Of a DNA stretch of 14,902 bases, positions 1-6,148 are shown in pieces. A model generated the notes under the pieces. The model was not told where the DNA came from. It ran no database searches and saw only the letters and a program-made list of their open reading frames with translations. Numbering within the stretch: the stretch's first letter is position 1; each line of letters starts with the position of its first letter. The stretch is from an uncultured bacterium (GTDB lineage Bacteria; Hydrogenedentota; Hydrogenedentia; Hydrogenedentales; JAEUWI01), in assembly GCA_963977445.1 (NCBI GenBank), contig CAXBPH010000173.1, positions 1 to 14,902 on the forward strand. The letters run 5' to 3'. The translations under genes and the position numbers were made by a program.

Positions 1-116
1 CAGGGGGACGGCCCCGACTATTGCGTGTGTTTTCGTTATTACCGGCAACGTTTGGGCCAAGAAGTCACCGTGTATTCAATACGAGCCCACGTCGGTGGAG
101 TCCCCGGGCGTGTGCC
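1..116. repeat. REPIN-like module X, diverged copy (starts at window edge)
   Basis: CAGGGGGACGGCCCCGAC...GTCGGTGGAGTCCCCGGGCGTGTGCC aligns end to end with the modules at 2713-2836, 2879-3001 and 3419-3537; the two ends are imperfect inverted repeats. Confidence 0.85.
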
Positions 117-169
117 GGGAATATGGCGTTTCTAAGCAGTCAGTTCATCGTTGGCGGGATGCCTACGGG
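110..169 (+). pseudogene. Short fragment resembling the IS3-family transposase OrfA helix-turn-helix
   Basis: Translates VCREYGVSKQSVHRWRDAYG, matching the xCRExGIS-x-x-T-x-Y-x-W-x-x-x-YG pattern of IS3 OrfA. No start or continuation is visible. Confidence 0.5.
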
Positions 170-270
170 GCTGTGGCAAAGGACACAAAGATAGGGTGCC
201 AGGTCGTTTTTTTAATTGCCAATTGGAGCGTAGTGAGGTATTATAGATCGATAATCAAGAGGGCAATCGA

Positions 271-1815
271 ATGGCAGAAAAAACGAGGCAGGGGCGTCCC
301 GCCTTTATAAAAACGCCATGGGGCGAAGAAATGCGCCACGGGGCAATGGCGTGCCCCTATAGGAGTGTCATCTCTACTGCCTTGGGCCGGCGAGACGTCG
401 GTCCCACCCTCACCGCACCAGGCAGCAAGGTGTGGACGTACACCTATCCGCCTGCGGCGGACCTTCGGCACATGGGTCGCAGATGCGCCGTGGCGCACAA
501 TCGCCTGTCCCAGGTGGCTATCCCCAACGGCATGCACACGGAATACACCTATGATACGTCCGGGCGGCAGGATTCCATCCACCACAAGGATGGCTCGACC
601 GTGGTGCAGGGCTTTGACTACGCCTTTGACGATGGCGGCCAGATAACGTCCATCACCCACGAGGACGGGGCCTATTGGGCCTACGAATACGACGGGCGGG
701 AGCGATTGACGAAGGCCGAGCGTTATGACGATACGCCTTCCCTGCTCCATCGCTTCACCTACACCTACGACCATGGGGACAACCTATTGACCAAGGCGGT
801 CTACGACCCCAGCGGCCCGAGTACGGACACCACGGCCTTCGCGTACAACAACGCCAACGAACAGACGAGTAGGGTGAATGGTGGTACGACCATCACCCAG
901 GCTTACGACGCCTGGGGCCGGTTGACTTCGAAGTCTGACGGCACATACGCAGCAACCTATGCTTACCGCTACGGCAGCAAACTCTACAGCGTCACCAGCG
1001 ACTTTCCCGGTGAGGGAAACGTCACCTACGAAACCGGCGGGAATGGAAAACGTCGTAGCCGCGTCGCGGGGGTGGACGAAACGTGGTACAACTACACCGT
1101 CGGCTTCGATGAAGTGAGCACGGAAGACGACGCCGACGGCAGCACGGGCACGTTGACCATGACCAACGTGGTCCGCAGCCCTTCCGCGCCGGTATCCGCC
1201 ACCCTCGCTGACCTCGCGGGCGCGACGCCCGCCAGCGGCACGGCCCGTTACTACGCCACCGACCACCTCGGCAGCACACGAAGCGCCTGGGATGCCTCCA
1301 AGGCCAGCGTTGGGACCTACGAGTTCACGCCCTACGGTAGCGAATACATGCACACCGGCGCGGCACTGGACTCTCTAGCGAGTGCGTACACCGGAAAGCC
1401 CTGGGACGACACGGCGCAACTCTTCCACTTCCCCTACCGCCAATACAGCCCCGACATGGCACGATGGACGACGCGCGACCCGTTGGGGATGGTCGATGGG
1501 CCGAATGTGTATGGGTATGTAATGGGAAATCCAGTGCTCCTGGTGGATCCTCTGGGCGACAGGACAAGACTCCCAGGTGACTATTCTGGCCCCGGCCAGT
1601 TTGTTGATGCAGCAATAGACCTTTTATTATGCGCTCTTTCGGCAGCGCTGTGCGCTTTGGCGTTATCAGCCTGCAGTGCTAATATTCCTGGGGGCTGTGA
1701 GCGAGCGGGGGTTTCGTGCGACAACATGACCCGTGCTTGTGGGGAGTGTAATGACGGTGCTGAGCTTTGGCCGGAGGAGGATTGGGATGATATATTGATA
1801 TATATGGGGCCATAG
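271..1815 (+). CDS. RHS/YD-repeat protein, 5'-truncated (orphan) core plus variable C-terminal putative toxin domain
   Basis: YD repeats (YTYDTSGRQ, YEYDGRERL, YDAWGRL), TDHLGS and YEFTPYG motifs, core end RWTTRDPLGMVDGPNVYGYVMGNPVLLVDPLG (ends at 1557), then an 85-aa CT. RHS-like sequence only begins at ~406; 271-405 runs through palindromes, so the true start is uncertain (in-frame ATGs at 472 and 532). Confidence 0.92.
   Translation: MAEKTRQGRPAFIKTPWGEEMRHGAMACPYRSVISTALGRRDVGPTLTAPGSKVWTYTYPPAADLRHMGRRCAVAHNRLSQVAIPNGMHTEYTYDTSGRQDSIHHKDGSTVVQGFDYAFDDGGQITSITHEDGAYWAYEYDGRERLTKAERYDDTPSLLHRFTYTYDHGDNLLTKAVYDPSGPSTDTTAFAYNNANEQTSRVNGGTTITQAYDAWGRLTSKSDGTYAATYAYRYGSKLYSVTSDFPGEGNVTYETGGNGKRRSRVAGVDETWYNYTVGFDEVSTEDDADGSTGTLTMTNVVRSPSAPVSATLADLAGATPASGTARYYATDHLGSTRSAWDASKASVGTYEFTPYGSEYMHTGAALDSLASAYTGKPWDDTAQLFHFPYRQYSPDMARWTTRDPLGMVDGPNVYGYVMGNPVLLVDPLGDRTRLPGDYSGPGQFVDAAIDLLLCALSAALCALALSACSANIPGGCERAGVSCDNMTRACGECNDGAELWPEEDWDDILIYMGP
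288..360. repeat. Degenerate GTAG-type REP doublet
   Basis: GCAG-GGGCG-tcc-CGCC at 288-303 and, on the minus strand, ATAG-GGGCA-cgccat-TGCCC(C) at 360-340: tetranucleotide plus GC hairpin, in inverted orientation, spanning 73 bp. Confidence 0.4.
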
Positions 1816-1913
1816 ATATAGTGTTGGTTGAGGGGGTTGCGATATAGATGGGGTGAAGAAGGTCATCATGAATAAACACAAACTTTTCGTGAGTAGCAAA
1901 AGAGGAATTTGCT

Positions 1914-2294
1914 TTGAGTGAGCGTCCTAAATATATAACGCTGGTAGCGTGGATATATATAGTCCAGCTCCCGCTAATGTTGATAACAGAGTTTTTGGAT
2001 CATGCACGTTTAGTAACGCTTATGAGTCAATATTGGCTGCCAGTCGGAGTGCAGTACTCTATCCAAGTGTCGATGCTGATGGTGCTTTTTTGTTGCGGGA
2101 TCGGTATGCTTTATGGGCGTAGTTGGGCGCGGTCTATGTGTATTTTTGCCACATTGGTTAACATAGTAGTGGTTTTTTTGAATCACCAGGATTTCTACTT
2201 GGCAGCGTCCGGCGTTGTTTGGCTAGTTCTATTGATGTATGTCTTGTCGCGACGAGGGGCGCGAGAGTACTTCGGCACCAGACCGAGGAAATAG
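1914..2294 (+). CDS. Small 4-TM membrane protein, putative immunity protein for the RHS C-terminal domain
   Basis: AGAGGA RBS at 1901-1906 before TTG; four hydrophobic segments, a GxxWAR loop and an REYF end; AT-richer like the RHS CT; directly downstream of the toxin gene. Immunity role is inferred from position. Confidence 0.75.
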   Translation: MSERPKYITLVAWIYIVQLPLMLITEFLDHARLVTLMSQYWLPVGVQYSIQVSMLMVLFCCGIGMLYGRSWARSMCIFATLVNIVVVFLNHQDFYLAASGVVWLVLLMYVLSRRGAREYFGTRPRK

Positions 2295-2310
2295 GGGACA
2301 GTCACCGATT
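2289..2310 (+). repeat. 22-bp REP-like motif AAATAGGGGACAGTCACCGATT (copy 1 of 3)
   Basis: Related to 3683-3704 (same orientation) and 3981-4002 (inverted); consensus AAATAGG-GACAGTCACCTATTT is an imperfect palindrome. Confidence 0.7.
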
Positions 2311-2411
2311 ATAGGTAACGCGTTGTAAATAAATAGCTTACACGGGTTGTTTTGACGCATATTTCATTCGCCTTCGCTGCCTGCGGCCGGCACTTCGCTG
2401 TGGTAGGGTAG

Positions 2412-3537
2412 CCCTGCAGCGTGCCATGATGTCTGGCGCACCATAGCCTTGAGCCCACAGGGACATGCCTCCGCCCGTAGTCAGGTCGCCGTTCCGGGTG
2501 CGCATTGGCTGGGACCCACGGTACGACCGCAAAGACAAGTGTTCTGGTTGCGGCGGTACGTCCCGGGACGGACGCACGCAACGCTGACGTAAGCTATGCC
2601 AACGGCATGTAGTAGCCAAATCGTCCGATAGGGGTAGCTGCAAGAGCCTCCGGGCGTGTGCCTGTGCCTGCGAGGTTGCCATGGGGGCTCACGGGCCACA
2701 ACGAATAGCCCTCAGGGGGACGGCCCCGACTATTACGCGTAATTTCGTAATTGTCGGTTACACGTTGGCCAAAAAGTCTTCGAGTATTCAAGACGAGTCC
2801 ATGTCGGTGCAGTCCCCGGGCGTGTGCCTGTCCCTGCGGGGTTGCCATGGGGGCTCACGGGCCACAACGAATAGCCCTCAGGGGACGGCCCCGACTATTA
2901 CGTTTGCTTTCGTAATTGTCGGTTACACGTTGGCCAAGAAGTCTTCGAGTATTCAAGACGAGTCCACGTCGGTGCAGTCCCCGGGCGTGTGCCTGTCCCT
3001 GTGCAGCGCCATGATGTCTCGCGCGCCACAACCCATAGCGCACAGGGACATGCCTCCGCCCGAGGTTAACTTTTTGTCCGGCCATACGCATGGGGTGGCA
3101 AGCACGTTTCTACCGCGACGACTTGGACTCGGTTGCGGCGGTACGTCCCGGGACGGACACGCGCAACTTTGCCGTGAGCTATGCCAACGGCACGTATTCG
3201 CCAACCCGTCCGATAGGGGTTGCTGCAAGAGGCTTCGGGCGTGCGCCTGTCCCTGCGGGGTTTGGGGACTGCACCGACATCGCCCACGGTGAATTGCACC
3301 AACATCTTCGTGGTCAATGGGTGCACTATTCTCAGCCAATGGGACTAGGACTGTCGGGGCCGCCCCCCCGAGGGGTGACTTGGCGTATTGCACGAACGTC
3401 GTGAATTTTCGTTGCCCTCAGGGGGACGGCCCCGACTATTACGTTTGCTTTCGTAATTGTCGGTTACACGTTGGCCAAGAAGTCTTCGAGTATTCAAGAC
3501 GACTCCACGTCGGTGCAGTCCCCGGACGTGTGCCTGT
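2412..3537. repeat. Mosaic array of REP/REPIN-like inverted-repeat modules (BIME-like)
   Basis: Order: linker, Y(2458-2670), linker, X(2713-2836), linker, X(2879-3001), linker, Y(3043-3255), inverted diverged X(3264-3375), linker, X(3419-3537). X arms: GGGGACGGCCCCGAC / GTCGGTGCAGTCCCC. Y arms: CAGGGACATGCCTCCGCCC / GGGCGTGTGCCTGTCCCTG. Confidence 0.9.
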
Positions 3538-3617
3538 GCTATGAAAAAGTCCGGTGATGTACTAGCGTGGGAAAGCAGGCGCACAGCGACCACGTCAGTG
3601 CCGAAGAAATCGATTGA

Positions 3618-3680
3618 CCCTACCGATACAGCCAATACATCAACCAGTATCATCAGCGTAGCGGCCACGTGTGGCATGGA
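3618..3680 (+). pseudogene. Internal fragment of a REP-associated tyrosine (Y1) transposase
   Basis: Translates PYRYSQYINQYHQRSGHVWHG, matching the Y-x-Q-Y-x-N-x-x-x-x-RSGHLWQGRF motif of RAYT-type Y1 transposases. In-frame stop at 3615-3617; the fragment breaks off at the REP-like motif at 3683. Confidence 0.7.
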
Positions 3681-3682
3681 GT

Positions 3683-3704
3683 AAATAGGCGACAGTTACC
3701 TATT
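3683..3704 (+). repeat. 22-bp REP-like motif (copy 2), left flank of the RAYT remnant
   Basis: AAATAGGCGACAGTTACCTATT, similar to 2289-2310. Confidence 0.7.
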
Positions 3705-3705
3705 G

Positions 3706-3734
3706 TTGACTTATTTTTCGACTCCTGCTGCACT
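3706..3734 (+). promoter_or_regulatory. Degenerate sigma70-type promoter that would give a leaderless RAYT mRNA
   Basis: TTGACT (3706-3711), 17-bp spacer ending in TGn, TGCACT (3729-3734); ATG follows 6 nt later at 3741 with no RBS. The -10 element lacks the conserved A. Confidence 0.35.
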
Positions 3735-3740
3735 CTTTCC

Positions 3741-3986
3741 ATGTCTGGAGTAGCACGAATCGTGGTGGCGGGCGAGCCGCACCATATTATCCAGCGCGGT
3801 AACAACCAGCAGGATGTGTTCTTTGTGGACGATGTTCGGCGGGGCTATCTTAAATTCCTGCGAGAACACGCGGTACTGTCACTGGGCGTGGAGCCGACGT
3901 TCGCAGAAGACTTTCGTCGTAACACCCACACGGGGCCTCCGCGCCCTGCCGGTCGGCCGCCCTCGAAAAGAAGAAAACACAAATAG
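3741..3986 (+). pseudogene. Internally deleted REP-associated tyrosine transposase (RAYT, IS200/IS605-related Y1 HUH family)
   Basis: N-terminus MSGVARIVVAGEPHHIIQRGNNQQDVFFVDD..YL is typical of this family and is joined to C-terminal-like RRNTHTG and RPAGRPP..RRK. The HUH (NHxH) motif and catalytic Tyr region are absent; only 81 aa remain. Confidence 0.85.
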
Positions 3987-4002
3987 GTGACTGTGGCTAT
4001 TT
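3981..4002 (-). repeat. 22-bp REP-like motif (copy 3, inverted), right flank of the RAYT remnant
   Basis: Reverse complement reads AAATAGCCACAGTCACCTATTT. Confidence 0.7.
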
Positions 4003-4019
4003 ATTTTATTTAGGGGAAT

Positions 4020-4356
4020 GCCGTTCAGGAGCTTGGGCATTCCTGCCCGAGACAGGGCCCACGACGAGACATGACATGGCTATTAACGCCATGGAATAGC
4101 CAAGTGGGGGATTCCACGTCGCGTATTTCCGTTTTTTTGGGCCTCGCGTTCGCGAGGGTTTGGGTCACGTGATTCGTGTTTTCATGGCGTGTATTCTCGT
4201 TTGGCGATTGGGGTTGACGTTGTCTCAGGCAGGAATGCCTGAGTCCCTTTGGGGGAATGCCCAAGCTCCTTTAAGGGATCGCCGTTCAGGAGCTCGGGCA
4301 TTCTTGCCCACCTCCGGCGCGTCCAAGACCCGAGACAGGGCCCACGAAGAGACATG
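4020..4356. repeat. Cluster of a further palindromic repeat family (AGGAGCTTGGGCATTCCTGCCCGAGACA)
   Basis: Direct copies at 4020-4073 and 4281-4356 (the second with a short insertion); inverted copies at 4221-4248 and ~4251-4270. Each has a GGGCA-ttcc-TGCCC-type hairpin or half of it. Confidence 0.8.
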
Positions 4357-4541
4357 CATAGCCATCGTCAGGGTTGCGCGCGTCCGACCGGAATGTAGCT
4401 TTTTATCTCTTGGCGCGAATGGGCTTCTTTGGGTACAGTTACCGATTGATTGACGTCCCGATTCCAATACGCTGCTACACACCGCAATCGAAAACTGTCC
4501 CCGTGGTCCTGGCCACTACGTCATTCCCGTGCTCTTAAACG

Positions 4542-4584
4542 AAAAACCGCCATCGGGGATAGGGGATTCCGACGGCGGTTTTTT
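4542..4584. terminator. Intrinsic terminator, probably bidirectional, for the 4607-5131 gene
   Basis: AAAAA-CCGCC..TCGG...CCGA..GGCGG-TTTTTT, 22 bp past the TGA of the minus-strand gene. Confidence 0.8.
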
Positions 4585-4606
4585 ACTACAGAAAAAGTCT
4601 AATGCG

Positions 4607-5131
4607 TCAGGGGGCGACCCAGCGAAAATTGCCGGGCTTCTTTGGCGAAGTAGAAATAGCTATCTGGCCCTTCGACTGCCTGCGCTTCCGTTCTTTCAAA
4701 GCATTCGCCTTGTAGAACAGCGCCGGTTCGATTATAGGCTCATGAAGCCCTTCGGTTTCCAGCTCGCCATAGCTGACACGTCCACGATAGGTTCGATTAG
4801 AAAGTATAATCGCAATCGCCTGGCGTGACCACTTGTTGCCCTTTCGCGTAAAGATGCTCTTACTATGAAGATAGTTGACCACCTTTCCTGTGCTACGCGT
4901 GACGAGGTATTCGCGGAAAATCATCCGGACGACTTCCGCTTCGCGGTCATCGATCACCAGAGGCTTTTCTCCGTCTATACCGCGACGGTAGCCGTAGGGG
5001 GCAGGTCCCGTGCCATAGCGGCCCTGTTGAACCGAGGTCAATTGACCTCGTTTCACTTTGGCGCCATGGGTAAGTCTTCCGGGGCCTTCATTAACTTCTA
5101 ATTCTGATCCAATTGTCATTTCAGTACTCAT
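4607..5131 (-). CDS. Stand-alone recombinase-domain protein (DNA-binding domain of large serine recombinases; no catalytic domain, no Zn ribbon)
   Basis: G..TGPAPYGY...LVIDDREAEVVRMIFREY...W....I..ILSNRTYRG...HEPII...LF..AN signature; strong RBS GGAGGTG at 5146-5140. Confidence 0.88.
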   Translation of the reverse strand: MSTEMTIGSELEVNEGPGRLTHGAKVKRGQLTSVQQGRYGTGPAPYGYRRGIDGEKPLVIDDREAEVVRMIFREYLVTRSTGKVVNYLHSKSIFTRKGNKWSRQAIAIILSNRTYRGRVSYGELETEGLHEPIIEPALFYKANALKERKRRQSKGQIAISTSPKKPGNFRWVAP

Positions 5132-5149
5132 ATGATTCGCACCTCCACA

Positions 5150-5274
5150 TGAGTGTTGCCTTGCGCTGGCTTTGTCACCTACGACGCAACTAAGATTCGT
5201 AGATGAAATTACGTATAAAACCAGTTCTAATGCGCCTGAATAACGAAGCGCTACGCAAGGTGCTGATGAACTCA
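5150..5274 (-). ncRNA. Putative structured 5' leader (cis-regulatory RNA candidate)
   Basis: Nested helices 5270-5274/5150-5154, 5254-5260/5159-5165, 5246-5251/5232-5237, 5217-5224/5166-5173 and 5197-5206/5175-5184. Three internal positions pair as G-U only on the minus strand. Confidence 0.5.
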
Positions 5275-5318
5275 GCGGTACCGCAGTTTAATTGTGTTTT
5301 CCCAAGTATTACAACCTC

Positions 5319-5347
5319 AGTGTACACGAATACAACTACTATGTCAA
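5319..5347 (-). promoter_or_regulatory. Near-consensus sigma70 promoter for the recombinase-domain gene
   Basis: Minus strand TTGACA (5347-5342), 17 bp, TACACT (5324-5319); predicted TSS ~5312. Confidence 0.75.
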
Positions 5348-5668
5348 GAGTTATGTGTTAAATTTTTGTCGTTGTGATGGGGGCATGGTAGCTAAGTTGC
5401 TGGTGTTGAATGGGTTATCTTGTTGTCAGTTTTCTGTACATTTTCGTCAGTGACTGATAATCTTCCGAGGGACCGGGAATCATTTCCGCAAGGAAGGCCG
5501 GCAACGGGGGCAGAAACTCTGGAGAGCGGATGCCGGCAAAGGGTTGGCATGTATGTCTAAATAACGCCTGACGGCGGCTTTGGATGACACAGAAAGGCAA
5601 CAGGTAAGACAGGCAGCCATTTTTGTGCCTTGATACATGCACGTGGAGGAGCTACTAAAAGGGGAAGT

Positions 5669-6148
5669 CTATGACTTCGCTGCTTTTTTTGCCATTTTCA
5701 ATAGGGCTTGTGGCGCGGGCGCATAGGGATTGGCACCACCTGCCAGGCATTTGGCAACAATCTGTGTCACCACCGCTGGATCCATGCCAGCAACCTTCGC
5801 TTCGGTCATCACCTCATGCATACGCTCTACGATTCGGCCTATGCACGCTTCGCGGCACTTCTTCTCCACATTTTTGCGGATGAAGACGCCTTTGCCACGG
5901 CGGGTGTAGAGGAGTCCCATGACTTCCAGGTCCCGATAGGCCTTGGCAACGGTATTCGCGTTGATGTCGAGACGTTCGGATAGTTCGCGTACGGAGGGGA
6001 GTTGGTCACCGGCGAACAGGCGCCCGGCGGTGATACCGAACTGAATATTGTTTTCAATCTGCAAATAGACGGCGACGGAACTGTCCACGTCTATTGTAGA
6101 AAGCATTTCGAGCATTTCTTCGCTGGATTCGTGTTTCTGGCGCGGCAT
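5669..6148 (-). CDS. GntR-family transcriptional regulator, YtrA-like (short C-terminal domain)
   Basis: VYLQIENNIQFGITAGRLFAGDQLPSVRELSERLDINANTVAKAYRDLEVMGLLYTRRGKGVFI winged helix; 159 aa. Confidence 0.93.
   Translation of the reverse strand: MPRQKHESSEEMLEMLSTIDVDSSVAVYLQIENNIQFGITAGRLFAGDQLPSVRELSERLDINANTVAKAYRDLEVMGLLYTRRGKGVFIRKNVEKKCREACIGRIVERMHEVMTEAKVAGMDPAVVTQIVAKCLAGGANPYAPAPQALLKMAKKAAKS

Noticed and set aside
271..405. Genuine N-terminus of the RHS protein
   Set aside because: This stretch consists of hairpin repeats and has no YD character; it is probably a fortuitous open-frame extension.
2289..2341. Integron attC site after the membrane gene
   Set aside because: No clear RYYYAAC...GTTRRRY pair with the expected internal symmetry, and no integron integrase in the window.
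2412..3537. CRISPR array
   Set aside because: The intervening sequences are themselves repeated, units are 120-210 bp and occur in both orientations, and no cas gene is present in the window.
2713..3537. Diversity-generating retroelement TR/VR pair
   Set aside because: Differences between X copies include C/T, G/T and T/C changes and are not adenine-specific; no reverse transcriptase gene or credible target CDS.
2309..3684. ORFs over the repeat array (e.g. 2681-3292, 2953-3393, 3090-3404)
   Set aside because: They are translations of GC-rich palindromic repeats in several overlapping frames, with no RBS or protein motif.
4025..4828. Short ORFs at 4025-4264, 4160-4453, 4225-4482 and 4529-4828
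   Set aside because: They overlap repeats, the terminator or the antisense strand of a real gene, and show no motifs.
4607..5131. Functional serine integrase marking a prophage or ICE
   Set aside because: Catalytic domain and Zn ribbon are absent; no phage or conjugation genes, and no att-like direct repeats seen.
5132..5312. 6S RNA or a known riboswitch
   Set aside because: The size is similar to 6S, but it lacks the two-sided central bubble and its own terminator and runs directly into an RBS; no riboswitch consensus recognised. An Rfam search is needed to be certain.
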